Assembly (NCBI GenBank): GCA_963816395.1
Contig: CAWFKQ010000002.1
Span: forward strand, 32,001-96,000
Direction: 5' to 3'
Source of the DNA: an uncultured delta proteobacterium
GTDB lineage: Bacteria > Desulfobacterota > Desulfuromonadia > Desulfuromonadales > JACZKF01
Length of the DNA stretch: 64,000 nt
This document shows positions 1 through 11,293 of this stretch, piece after piece (within the stretch, counting starts at the first letter, position 1; every line of letters starts with the position of its first letter). The position numbers were made by a program, and so were the translations under genes. The notes beneath the pieces are model-generated. The model made no database searches, was not told the origin of the DNA, and worked only from the letters and a program-made list of their open reading frames with translations.

Positions 1-572
1 GGGCTGTACGGGTTTTACCACTACCTCGATTATCTGCCGGTCCTCTCTTTTCTCTCCCGTCATGGGGAAAGCTTCTTTCCCAATCAGTCTGTCAATGGGC
101 TGATGCATCGCTTTTTCTTTAATGGGAACAATCTTCAATGGGTCAGCGATCAATTCCCTCCTTTCAATCCGATAGTCTATGCCTGCAGCCTAATCGCGGG
201 GGCGATCATCCTCGGCCCGGCGCTGTTCTGGCAGAGAAAAAACGCAGGACCCCCTCGATCTGGCACTGCATACTCATGCTGAGCCTGACCATGGCCTCGC
301 CGATCGCCTGGGAACACCATTATGGCATTCTGCTCCCGATCTTTGCTCTGTTCGCTCCGCTCTGCCTGGCGCAACGACCGTTCGGCAGATGTTCCGGCTG
401 GTATCTGCTCTCCGCCTTCTTTCTCACCAGCCAGCGACTCGATCTGACCAACCGCCTGGCGGATACCCACCTCAACATCCTGCAAAGCTACCTCTTTTTC
501 GGCGCATTGCTGATGCTTGGCATGCTCTACCGGCAAACTCGTCCCGTTTCCCCGGAGATCGGGGAGGTTTAG
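1..572 (+). CDS. Glycosyltransferase family 87 (DUF2029)-like membrane protein, 3' part, frameshifted near 240-270
   Basis: Frame 1 reads ...FPNQSVNGLMHRFF...; continues in ORF 138..572 with SPIAWEHHY motif and hydrophobic helices; truncated by window start. Confidence 0.6.
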
Positions 573-597
573 GGGCAATGCAGGCCGAACCGGCAAC

Positions 598-623
598 AAA
601 AAGCCGGGGAAAATCCCCGGCCT
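598..623 (-). terminator. Intrinsic terminator downstream of the PG-binding protein gene
   Basis: Minus strand: GCCGGGGA-TT-TCCCCGGC-TTTTT. Confidence 0.65.
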
Positions 624-682
624 TGAGAAAGGGTGGCCTTTTCACTATCCGGTGTTCAAAGATCAAGATGCTCGGGCAGGCC

Positions 683-1590
683 TCAGTAATTGCTTTTCTG
701 CTGCCCCTGATTCTGGTTCTGCTGTTTCTTCTGGTTCTGCTGGTTCTGCTGGTTCTGCTGGTTCTGCTGACCGCCGAATTGCGGGGAAACTCCTGTGAAT
801 TCCTGGGTCTTGATATTCAGGGCATTGAAGGTCTGCTGGTCAGGTCTGCCGGTGGCGGCAAACCCCTGGCTCTGCTGGAAGTCGCGGACCGCCTCTCGGG
901 TTTTCGGTCCCAGAATCCCGTCCACCGGACCCAGATTGTAGCCCCGGTTCTTCAGGCTCTTCTGGAGCGCCCGGATGTCTGCGGAACTCAACTGCTGGGA
1001 TTGATTCTGCTGATTCTGCTGCTGCCCGGAGCTGCTCATACCTTGGTTTTGCCCGCCAAACGCCGGGGAGACGCCCACGAATTCATACTTCTGAATGTTC
1101 AGAGCCCCCAGGTCTGCTGGTTAGGTCTGCCGAGACGGCCAGTCCTGGCTCAGGTGGATCGCCTGCCGTACGGTCGGACGTCGTCGAGGGCCCGTCAGAT
1201 CTCCTTCAGTTTTGGATCGGCGACCGAGACGGCCAACCCCTGGCTTTGCTGGAAATGCTGGATCGCCTGCCGGGTATTCGGTCCCATATGCCATCGATAG
1301 GGCCGGGGTTGAAGCCTCGATCCTTCAGGTTCTGCTGGATCAGGCGAACCTTTTCGGAACTGAGCTGCTGCGCCGCAACCTGCTGCTGTGGCTGGATAGA
1401 GCGCTGCCCCAGCTGGGACTTCTGACTGCCTGGGGTTTCCTGTTTCTGGCGCAGTTCCGGCCTGGTGGTGTTGGAGTACCCATAGCCGGAACGCCGGGAC
1501 CTGGCTGGGGACTGCTGGCCCTTGTGCCAGGGCCTGGCCGCCCAAGCCGGCGATAAAGGTGAAAATCGTCGTCAAAACGAAATATCTCAT
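683..1590 (-). CDS. Secreted Q/N-rich protein with two peptidoglycan-binding (PG_binding_1) domains, frameshifted
   Basis: AAGGAG RBS, signal peptide MRYFVLTTIFTFIAGLGGQALAQ; LQKSLKNRGYNLGPVDGILGPKTREAVRDFQQSQG and a second copy MGPNTRQAIQHFQQSQGL. Confidence 0.7.
710..769 (-). repeat. 9-bp tandem repeat encoding QQN
   Basis: (CTGGTTCTG)n on plus strand; translates as QQNQQNQQNQQNQ. Confidence 0.85.
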
Positions 1591-1830
1591 CTGATTTCTC
1601 CTTTTCTTGTTTCGGGCCACTCCTTGCTTTTCAATTCAAAAATGACCAGTTTCTCAAATACTTGCATTGTTTTAGCAACATCTTTGTTTGAGGATAACAG
1701 ATTTCAACGAACTTGAAAGTCGATGGCCGGAGGTCCTTCAGCCGGTGTCCTTTTATTCCTCCGTGGCGGATGCGGCGACCATTTGCATCGTTATACTTTC
1801 GGCAAATATACCCATCGCCAGGAGAGCACT

Positions 1831-2481
1831 ATGGCAAAGATCATCCATCTGCGAGGGGGAACTGCCCGGCCGGCCCCGGCTGAAGAAGAGCTCCGCTTGG
1901 CCGGCAGCATCTTTCGCCTCCGTCTGCACGGTGGCGAACCACAGGACCTCGGAGTCGCCGCCCGGGTACTCGGCCGCGCTTTCGTCCTGGAAGGCTTTTA
2001 TACCGGATTTGAAGAGCAGGAGGCGACCATCTACCTGCGGGTGGGCCGGGAAATCATCACCGAAATCGGCTGCGACCGGCCGCCGGGATTGATGCTGGTT
2101 ATCGATTCCCGCCGGTTGACCGCCGATACCCTGCTGGAGAGCGATGAACAGACGGTGTTACTGGTATGCGGGGAGGATCCGGAAGTTTTAAAGGACCGGC
2201 TCGGCTTTGGCGGAACGGTCCTGGCCCTGCCCTTGGCCGCTACCGATCCGCCGCCCCGCGGGCTCTGCCTCGCTGCGGTCGGGGGGGCTGCCCGGCTGGT
2301 CGGGGTCGTGCGCTGGACGGCTCTGGAGAGGGCAATCCGGGAAGAACTTGCGGCTTTGGACAGCGCCGAGGTCAACCGGGGGCTGGCAATGGCCCTGGAG
2401 TCTTTCGACCGCCTGAAGCCGTGGGCCGGGAAGGTGAGGATGGTCGACGAGGAGGTGGAGATCGGCCTGGAGACCGACTAG
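1831..2481 (+). CDS. Degenerate 2-oxoacid:acceptor oxidoreductase gamma-subunit-like protein
   Basis: GGAGAG RBS; FRLRLHG...AARVLGRAFVLEGF and AARLVGVV...LERAIREELA resemble PorC-type subunits, but the GxGGQG motif is absent. Confidence 0.55.
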   Translation: MAKIIHLRGGTARPAPAEEELRLAGSIFRLRLHGGEPQDLGVAARVLGRAFVLEGFYTGFEEQEATIYLRVGREIITEIGCDRPPGLMLVIDSRRLTADTLLESDEQTVLLVCGEDPEVLKDRLGFGGTVLALPLAATDPPPRGLCLAAVGGAARLVGVVRWTALERAIREELAALDSAEVNRGLAMALESFDRLKPWAGKVRMVDEEVEIGLETD

Positions 2482-2621
2482 GCAGAGGAAGCAAGGCCCC
2501 CCTCAGCCGAAAGTCGAGGGAGCATGGGCAGTGAAATCCTTGCCGTCCCGTGGGGCCGGCTATTGGCCGCTGGCCGGCAATCTCACTACGGCCCTTGGCC
2601 TGCAGCGGGCAGGGGAGTAGA

Positions 2622-3368
2622 ATGTTCACCATGTACCAGCGACCCCTCACCTCCGAAAGTCCGTCCGCCCCCTCGTTTATTCGCCTGCGCGGGCTGAGCA
2701 AGGTCTATCCCGAGGGAGAGCGGCAGCGCATCGTGTTCCGCGACCTGGCGGCCGATTTCCCTCGGGGGGAGTTTGTCGCCCTGCTCGGCCGGAGCGGCTC
2801 GGGGAAATCGACCCTGCTCAACCTGATCAGTGGGATCGACCTGCCGACTGCGGGGGAGGTGAGTATCGGCGGCACCGACCTGACCCGCCTTCCGGAGCAG
2901 CAGCGCACTCTCTTCCGCCGCGCGCACATCGGTTTCATCTTTCAGTTTTTCAACCTCATCCCCACCCTGACCGTGCTGGAAAATCTCCTTCTCCCCCTGG
3001 AATTGCAGGGGAAAGTGGGGGACACCGAATTGCGTCGGGCGCGGGAACTGCTGGCGCAGGTCGGCCTGGCCGATCGCCCGGACAGCTTTCCGGACCGTCT
3101 CTCCGGCGGCGAACAGCAGCGGGTGGCAATCGCCCGTGCCCTGGTGCACCGGCCGCAGGTGCTGCTGGCGGATGAGCCGACGGGCAATCTCGATGGCGAG
3201 ACCGGCGCCCGGGTGCTGGCCTTGCTGAACGGCCTGGTGCGGCAGGCGGGAATGACCCTGCTGCTGGTCACCCACAGCCGGGAGGTGGCGCGCCTGGCCG
3301 ACCGCATCCTGACCGTCAGCGGGGGAACGCTGATGGAGACCGCCGCCGGTGGGGAGGTGCGGCCTTGA
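2622..3368 (+). CDS. ABC transporter ATP-binding protein (LolD/MacB/AttE-like)
   Basis: [37 protein letters not shown]. Confidence 0.92.
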   Translation: MFTMYQRPLTSESPSAPSFIRLRGLSKVYPEGERQRIVFRDLAADFPRGEFVALLGRSGSGKSTLLNLISGIDLPTAGEVSIGGTDLTRLPEQQRTLFRRAHIGFIFQFFNLIPTLTVLENLLLPLELQGKVGDTELRRARELLAQVGLADRPDSFPDRLSGGEQQRVAIARALVHRPQVLLADEPTGNLDGETGARVLALLNGLVRQAGMTLLLVTHSREVARLADRILTVSGGTLMETAAGGEVRP

Positions 3369-5904
3369 TCCTCTGGCGGGCCAGCCTGCGCACCCTGCGC
3401 CGCCGCCCCCTGCTCCTGGTATTCGCCGTTCTCGGCATTGCCCTGGGGGTGGCGGTGGTGGTGGCCATCGACCTGGCCAACGCCAGCGCCGAGCAGGCCT
3501 TTCGCCTTTCGGCCCGGGCACTCGCCGGGCGGGCGACGCACCAGGTGGTCGGCGGCCCGGGCGGACTGGATGAGGATATCTACCGCCGACTGCGGCTGGC
3601 GGGAGTGCGGGCCAGTGCGCCGGTCGTGGAGGGGTATGCCGCGGTTCCTGACCGGCCCGGCCGCACCCTGCAGGTGCTGGGGGTGGATCCCTTTGCCGAA
3701 GAGCCCTTCCGCACCTATTCTCCTGCCCCAGGTGAAGGGGAGGTACTGGGCCGACTGCTGACCGAACCGGGTTCCGGGCTGCTCCTGCCCGCCACCGCCG
3801 GGCGACTGGGCCTCGCCCCGGGCGACTCGCTGCCCCTGGAGGTCAATGGCCGGCAGCGCACTCTGATCCTGGCCGGCAACCTGCATCCCGCCGATGAAAT
3901 CGCCGCTCGCGCACTGGAGAACCTGGTGGTCACCGACATCGCCACCGCCCAGGAGTTTTTCGGCTGGCAGCGGCAAACTCTCCCGTATCGACCTGCTGAT
4001 TCCCGCAGGAAGGGAAGGGGAGGCCCTGCTGGCGCGGGTGCGCGCGATCCTGCCGCCGTCCGCCGCTGTTCTTCCCGCCGGCGGCCGCGGCGACTTTCTC
4101 GCCCGCATGACGCGGGCTTTCCAGCTCAACCTGACCGCCCTGAGCCTGCTGGCCCTGGTGGTCGGGATGTTCCTCATCTACAACACCCTCTCTTTTTCCG
4201 TCTTGCAGCGACGGGAGCTGCTGGGAACCCTGCGCACCCTGGGGGTGACGCGGCGGGAAATTTTCACCCTGATTCTTGGCGAGGCCGCCCTGCTGGGGGC
4301 GGCCGGCACCGCTCTCGGACTGCTGCTCGGGCTCGCTCTGGGGAGCGGTCTGCTGCACCTGGTCACCCGCACCATCAACGATCTCTATTTCGTCCTGGCG
4401 GTGCGCCACCTGGCAATCACCCCCCTGCTGCTCGGCAAGGGGATCGCCCTGGGGATCGGCGCTTCGCTGGCGGCGGCCCTGGTCCCCGCCTGGGAGGCGG
4501 CGATGGCCCCGCCCCGTACCGTCCTCGCCCGCTCGGTCCTGGAAGGGCACCACCGGCGGCTTCTGCCGCTGGCTGCGGCGGTCGGCGCGGCGCTGATGCT
4601 GGCCGGCGGCATCCTCCTTCTGCTCCCCGGGCGGAGCATCTCCCTGGCCTTCACCGCTCTGTTTGCCCTGATTGCCGGTTATGCCCTGCTCACCCCGGCG
4701 GCTGTCGTGCTCCTGCTGCGCCTGCTGCAGCCGGCCATCGGCCGGGTCTGCGGCCTGTTGGGGCGCATGGCCGCCCGCGATCTGTCCGCTTCCCTCAGCC
4801 GCACCGGCGTCGCTACCGCCGCCCTGGTCGTCGCCGTCTCCGCCACTATCGGCGTCGGCATCATGGTCGGCAGCTTCCGCCTCACCATCGTCCGCTGGCT
4901 GGAGAACTATCTGCGCGCCGACGTCTACGTGACCACCACCGGCAGCGCCCTGGGCGGCCATCCGCTGCTCGAACCAGAGATAGTGGAAGGGCTGGCAAAG
5001 CTGCCCGGAGTCGGTATTGCCACCCGGGCGCGGCACCTGGAACTGGAATCGGCGGGAGAATCGACCACCCTGTTTGTCGTCGATATGCCGCCGGTGAGTT
5101 TCGCCGGTTACACCTTCGCGGGCGGCAATCGGGAGGAAATCCGCCATTCCCTGCTGCGGACGGCGGCGGTGATCGTCTCCCAGCCCTATGCCTATCACCA
5201 CCAGCTGCGCCGTGGGGATACCCTGCGCCTGCGCACGGATGAGGGTGAGCGGGAATTCGCGGTGGCCGGCGTATTCACCGATTACAGCACCGACCGGGGG
5301 CGGGTGGTGATGAGCCGCCCGGTCTACGAGCGCTACTGGCGCGACCGCGGGGTGGACGCTCTCGGCCTTTACCTGGCGCCCGGGCAAGAGGCCGAAGCGG
5401 TGGCCGAGGCGGTACGGCAGGCGGTCGGCCGACCGGCAGCAGGTGACCGTCTATTCCAACCGGGGACTGCGCCAGGCCTCCCTGTCCACCTTCGACCGAA
5501 CCTTCGCCATCACCTCCGTACTGCGCCTGCTGGCGATCCTCATCGCCTTCGTCGGCATCCTCAATGCCCTCATGGCGATGCAGATCGAGCGGGCACGGGA
5601 GCTGGCGGTGCTGCGTGCCAACGGCCTGACGCCGCGCCAGTTGTGGGGCCTGGTAAGCGGCGAGACGGGGCTGATCGGCCTGCTCGCCGGAGTGCTGGCG
5701 ATCCCCTTGGGCGTGCTGCAGGCCCTGGTTCTGATCCTGGTCATCAACCGGCGCTCCTTCGGCTGGATCCTGCAGACCAGTCTTTCGCCGGGCATCCTCC
5801 TGCAGGCGGTGGCCCTCGCCTTGGCCGCCGCCCTTCTGGCAGGCCTCTACCCGGCCTGGCGGATGGCCGGCACGCCACCGGCCCTGGCCCTGCGGGAGGA
5901 GTAG
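3365..5904 (+). CDS. FtsX/MacB-type ABC permease with two repeats (AttFG-like), frameshifted near 3965 and 5430
   Basis: Joins ORFs 3365.., 3894.. and 5443..5904; [45 protein letters not shown]. Confidence 0.85.
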
Positions 5905-5905
5905 C

Positions 5906-7073
5906 ATGCGGATGCGGCGATTGATTCCGCTGACTGTTCTCCTGCTGGGCTTCTGCGGCCTGCTGGCCGCCCTGCTCTGGCAGCTGGCCGGCAGCCCCCC
6001 CGAGCCGGCGAAAAATAGGCTCTCCCTGCCCGCCACCCTCGGCGGCGAAGCGGCGGCAGGGTATGCGCGCGCCCTGATCCCGCGCCCCTTCCTTTTCCCG
6101 CGGGACCACGGTCCCCATCCCGACTTCCGGACCGAGTGGTGGTATTTTACCGGCAATCTGGAGGATGCGACCGGCCGCCACTTCGGCTATCAGCTGACGT
6201 TCTTTCGGATCGCCATGGCGCCCAGGGCGCCCCAACGCGCTTCCGCCTGGGCCACCCGCCAGGTCTACATGGCCCACTTCGCCCTCACCGATGCTGCCGG
6301 CAAAAAGTTCCACAACTTCGAACGCTTCAGCCGCGCCGCCGTTGGCCTGGCCGGCGCCGCTGGCCGAGCCCTTCCGGGTCTGGCTGGAGGATTGGACCGC
6401 CGCCGGTGGCGAGGCGGGGACTTTCCCCCTGCGCCTGCGCGCCGCGGCAGGAGAGGTAGCCATCGAGTTGACGCTGGCCGCCGGAAAGCCGGTAGTCCCC
6501 CAGGGGGATAACGGCCTCAGCCGGAAAAGCGGCGCGGCGGGAAACGCCTCCTACTACTATTCCTTGACCCGCCTGCCGACCGCTGGCACGCTGCGCATCG
6601 GCGCCGCCGATTACAAGGTGCGCGGGCTCTCCTGGCTCGACCGCGAATGGAGCACCAGCGCCCTCGGGGCGGGAGAAGTCGGCTGGGACTGGTTCGCCCT
6701 GCAACTCGGCGACGGCCGCGAGGTGATGTTCTACCGCCTGCGCCGGAACGGGGGCGCTATTTCTCCCTGGAGCGCCGGCACCCTGATCGAAGCGGACGGC
6801 AGTTCCCGCCACCTGGCATCGGAGGAGGTGGAGATTGCTGAACTCGACCACTGGCAAAGCCCGCATGACGGCGCCTCCTACCCCTCCCGCTGGCGCCTGC
6901 GGGTCCCCGCCGCCGGTCTCGACCTGGAGATCGAGCCATGGCTGGCCGACCAGGAACTGCAGGGTACGGTTCGTTACTGGGAGGGGGCGGTCAAGGTCCG
7001 CGGGGAATCGGGGGGACGGCCGGTGGCGGGGAACGGCTATGTGGAGTTGACGGGTTACGCTGGAAACCGGTAG
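5906..7073 (+). CDS. AttH/CrtC-like lipocalin-domain protein, frameshifted near 6362
   Basis: FPRDHGPHPDFRTEWWYFTGNL, SYYYSLTRL, WLDREWS, GWDWFALQL, YWEGAV, GYVELTGY. Confidence 0.88.
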
Positions 7074-7209
7074 GGCGGCTGCATGCGCCGCCCTACGGGG
7101 AATTGCCGAGGCAGTGCATCCAACTGGGTCGACTTCACCGGAGTGCTTCTCGGGGGCGGCTGGGGAACGCAACGATTTGAATAGCGTGGTGAACGGCTCT
7201 AGCGGCCGC

Positions 7210-7862
7210 TCAGAAGTCCAGGCGCACCCCGAAGGTGACGTTGTGGGTGACATACTCCGATTTGAATTCGGTGCCGGTGGCATCCTTGAACTCGGGCCGG
7301 AGAGTGGCGAAATAGCGATAATCCAGGTCGAGATAGAGCTGAGGGGACATCTGGTAGGCGACCCCCGCCAGGAACTGGTAGGCGAAAGCCGTATCCTCAT
7401 CGTCGGCCAGTGGATGCCCCCCTACGGTGAGCTTGTCCAGGGAAATCCTGGCCGCTCCCGACCCCGGCACCGACATAGGGGAGCCAGGGGCGAAAGTCAC
7501 GGGATTCGCCGATGGTATTCAGCATGAGGCTGACCGCGCGTCGCCTTCCCTTCCCCCGTCATCTTTCCTGTCGAGAATTCGGCTTTGTCCAGGTCGTTTT
7601 CCCGCCAGGCCGCCTCCAGTTCCACCCGCCCGGCGCCGATCTGCGGATAGGTATCCCGCAGGTCGTAGCCGATGCTCGCCCCCGCCAGCCAGCCCGGTTT
7701 GTACTCGAAATTGAAGGAACCCTTGTCGCTGTCGTTCTTCGCTCCCTCCACGGCGATCCCCCCGCCCAGAAGAGAAAGGTAGAAGCCCCCCTCGGCGGCG
7801 AAAGCGGCCGGGGCGGCAAAGGCCAGCAGAAGGCCGGCCGAAATTATCATTCTCTTCATCAC
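7210..7862 (-). CDS. Outer-membrane beta-barrel protein (small OmpA/Opa-like barrel), frameshifted near 7500-7535
   Basis: Signal peptide, GFYLSLLGG, GRVELE, AFAYQFLAGVAY, LDLDYRYF, C-terminal GVRLDF. Confidence 0.8.
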
Positions 7863-7891
7863 TTCCCTCCTCGGTGGCAGGATTCCAAACT

Positions 7892-9031
7892 CTATTGGAC
7901 GACAACGGTGGCCGTGCCCGTTTGGCCATCCCTGCCGGCACGGATGGTCACGCTGCCGGGATTGACCCCCTGGACCTGGCCGGTGGCGCTGACGGTCGCG
8001 ACATTGTTATTGCTGGAAGTCCAGGTGACCAGGCTGGTGATGTCGCGGCTCGCGGCGCCGGTGAAGTTGCCGGTTGCGGTCATCTGCAGGACACCGCCGA
8101 CAGCGATGGTCTGGCTGGTCGGGGTGACCACGATAGATGTCAGGGCGGTGACGGTCAGGGTCGTGGTACCCCGGACACCGTTAAAGAACGCGGCAATGGT
8201 GACGGTGCCGGCGCGGACGGCAGTGGCCAGGCCGGCGTCGTCGATGGTGGCGATCGAGGAATCCGAGGAAGACCAGGTGGCCTGGCTGGTGACGTCCTGG
8301 GAGGTGCCGTCAGAGAAATTGCCGGTGGCCGTGAACTGCTGCGTCTCGCCGTTGGTGAGCACCGGGGCAGCCGGGGTCAGGGTGATCGACTGCAACTCCG
8401 GTTCGGTTACGGTTACCGAGGCGCTGCCGGTGACGCCGCCGAAATCGGCGGTGATATCGATCGGCCCGCCGGCCGCGACGGCTGTCGCCAGTCCGGTGGC
8501 ATTCACAGTGGCGATGGTGTCGTCGGCGGAGGTCCAGATGACGTCGCGGGTGATGTCCTGCGTCGGCACCAGGGCATCGTTGAAGGAGCCGGTGGCGGTG
8601 AACTGCTGCGTGAGACCCAGGGAAACGTTAGCCGTGGCTGGGGTGACGGCAACCTGGCTGGCGGTGGCGTCGGTCACCGTGAACCCGAAGGTGCCGGTCA
8701 CCGTGCCGCTGGTTGCGGTGATATTGGTGGTGCCGGCGGCAAGCCCCTTGCCGAGGCCGTGACTTGCGGCATCATTGCTGATCTCAAGGACCGTCGGATT
8801 ATCGCTGCTCCAGGCCACCTGGTCGGTGATATCGCGGGTGAACGCCCCGGAGAAATCGCCGATGGCCCGGAACTGGTTGCTGGTGCCGGCTGCGATCTGC
8901 GGATACTGGGAAGTGACGGTGATCGCCGTCAGCGGCACGAAATCGTTCGGGCGGGTCGGTTCATTGTCTTCGCCGCAGGCGACCAAAAGCAGGGCTGCCA
9001 ACAGGCATAAGCCGACCAGGCGTTTCATCAT
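7892..9031 (-). CDS. Lipoprotein with four bacterial Ig-like (Big_2) domains
   Basis: Lipobox LVAC; four repeats of QFTATGxF...DIT..V.W.SS...ATV...GLA. Confidence 0.88.
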   Translation of the reverse strand: MMKRLVGLCLLAALLLVACGEDNEPTRPNDFVPLTAITVTSQYPQIAAGTSNQFRAIGDFSGAFTRDITDQVAWSSDNPTVLEISNDAASHGLGKGLAAGTTNITATSGTVTGTFGFTVTDATASQVAVTPATANVSLGLTQQFTATGSFNDALVPTQDITRDVIWTSADDTIATVNATGLATAVAAGGPIDITADFGGVTGSASVTVTEPELQSITLTPAAPVLTNGETQQFTATGNFSDGTSQDVTSQATWSSSDSSIATIDDAGLATAVRAGTVTIAAFFNGVRGTTTLTVTALTSIVVTPTSQTIAVGGVLQMTATGNFTGAASRDITSLVTWTSSNNNVATVSATGQVQGVNPGSVTIRAGRDGQTGTATVVVQ

Positions 9032-9280
9032 GGGACACTCCTTATTATTAACAGTTCACGAACATCCATGCCAGATACCATAAAAACAGGCATTCCGCAA
9101 TTTCTTTCCGCTCGGGAAATCTCACCATAATATTCCCTTCAAACATCTCGATCAGCGGTATTCAGGGGCAATTGTCATTCAGAAACCTGCCCTTGGAGGC
9201 ACCATCCGTGTGGATTAAAATGTTGACCTCAGGTCCGATCCAGAGTTAAATAAAACGCAATTTTATTTAGGACTTTCTAT

Positions 9281-11177
9281 ATGGAACATTTCTTCACCGA
9301 TACCCTCGATTTCCTCTTTCAGTTCACCGGTGGCCGGGACGGCATCGAGGGTGGAGTGGTGTCCTTCGGCCTGGCGGTCCTCCTCTGGGCAATCCTGCTC
9401 GGTTTCCTGTACCTGCGCGAGCAGGCGGAACAGCGCGATCGGGCCGAGGGGGAACTGCGGGAAAAGAACGAAATGCTGCAGACGATCCTCGATTCGATTC
9501 CGGCACCGGTCTTCTACAAAGACGCCGAGGGGATTTATCTCGGCTGCAATATGGCCTTCGAGAAGTTTCTGGGTAAACCCAGGCAGGAGATCGTCGGACA
9601 GTCGGTTTACGGGGTGTCGCCATCCGACCTGGCCCAGGTCTATCACGAGGCGGACCTGGAGCTCATGCGGCAGGGCGGAATTCAGGTTTATGAGGCTCAG
9701 GTCGCCGCTGCCGACGGGCTGCGGCGCGATGTCATCTTCCACAAGGCCGTCTTCATGAAGGATGGCGGCAACGCGGGCGGGCTGGTGGGAACCCTGCTGG
9801 ATATCTCAGAGCGCAAGCGGGCGGAGGAGAAGGTTCAGCGGCTCGCTTACTTCGATTCGACGACCGGCCTGCCCAACCGCACCCTGTTCATGGACCGCCT
9901 GGAGCGGGCACTGACGCATGCCGAGCGGGAAGCGCACCGGCTCGCCCTGCTTTTCCTCGACCTCGACCGCTTCAAAGATATCAATGACACTCTCGGCCAC
10001 CCGGCCGGCGATCGTCTGCTCAATGCCGTTGCCGAGCGCCTCGGCAGCTGCCTGCGTGGGAGCGATACCCTGGCGCGTTTCGGCGGCGATGAGTTTGTTT
10101 TTCTCCTCTCCACCGTTAAGGACGAGGGGGGAGCGGCGGTGGTGGCGGAAAAATTGATCGATCTCATGGCCCGCTCCTTCGCCATTGACGGTCATGAAAT
10201 CTATCTCTCGGTCAGCATCGGCATCGTCATGTTCCCGAACGACGGGCAGGATGGGGCCGCCCTGCTCAGACACGCCGACATGGCCATGTATGCGGCCAAG
10301 GAGCGGGGAAAGAGCACCCTCAATTTTTTCTCTCCCGAACTGCAGCGGCGAGCGATGGAGCGGCACGAGCTGGTGAGCGGCTTCCGGCGGGCGCTGCAGC
10401 AGGAGGAATTTTTCCTCGAATTCCAACCGCAGGTGAACGTCCAAAAACGGGCGGGTAATGGGGGTGGAGGCGCTGCTGCGCTGGCGGCATCCGGCCCGGG
10501 GACTCATCTCTCCCGCCGCCTTCATTCATTTGGCGGAAGACACCGGGCATATCCGAGCCATCGGCGAATGGGTGCTGCGCGCTGCCTGCACCCAGGGACG
10601 CCTCTGGCAGAGGATGGGGGCGAAATCACTGCGCATCGGCGTCAATATCTCCGGCTGCCAGCTGCGGCAGCGCGGCTTCCTGGAAATGATCGACCGCGTT
10701 CTGGCCGATACCGGGCTGGATCCCCGCCTGCTGGAGCTGGAACTCACCGAGAGTGTTCTCATGGAGCAGACGGAGGCTGCGATCGGTGTCCTGACCGGCC
10801 TCAGGATGCGCGGCATCCACCTGGCCCTGGACGACTTCGGCACTGGCTACTCCTCCCTGAACTATCTGAAACACTTCCCTATCGATCGGATAAAGATCGA
10901 CAAATCATTCATCCGCGATCTGGCCGATCATGACAGCGCCGCCATTATCGATTCCATCCTCGCCATCGCCCGCACCCTGAATCTGCGCGTGGTGGCGGAA
11001 GGGGTGGAAACTCCCGACCAGCTGGACCATCTGCTGGCGCGGGACTGCCACGAGATGCAAGGGTTCTATTTTGCCGCCCCTCTAGCGGCGGAAGAGGTCG
11101 CCGCCTTCTGCCGCCGTTACCCGGGCGCGGAGAAGGCCATGGCGCCGGTGGTGGTGGTCTCCAGTCGGCGGAGCTGA
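9281..11177 (+). CDS. Membrane-anchored PAS-GGDEF-EAL protein, frameshifted near 10445
   Basis: TM helix, PAS (FYKDAEGIYLGCN), ARFGGDEF, GVEALLRW, LDDFGTGYSSL, AEGVET. Confidence 0.9.
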
Positions 11178-11293
11178 AATTCCCCCGTGGTTACAGCCTA
11201 GTAAGCCGGTGCCCGGCCCCTTTCCGCCCGGGCCGCGTCCAATTCCCTGTTTCCACTTCCTTGCCTGGGTCGGTGAACCCGGTCCTTCGCCCC

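Noticed and set aside
9059..9073. Sigma54 promoter for the Ig-lipoprotein operon (TGGCAT-GGATG-TTCG, minus)
   Set aside because: The -12 element reads CG rather than GC; not supportable without TSS data.
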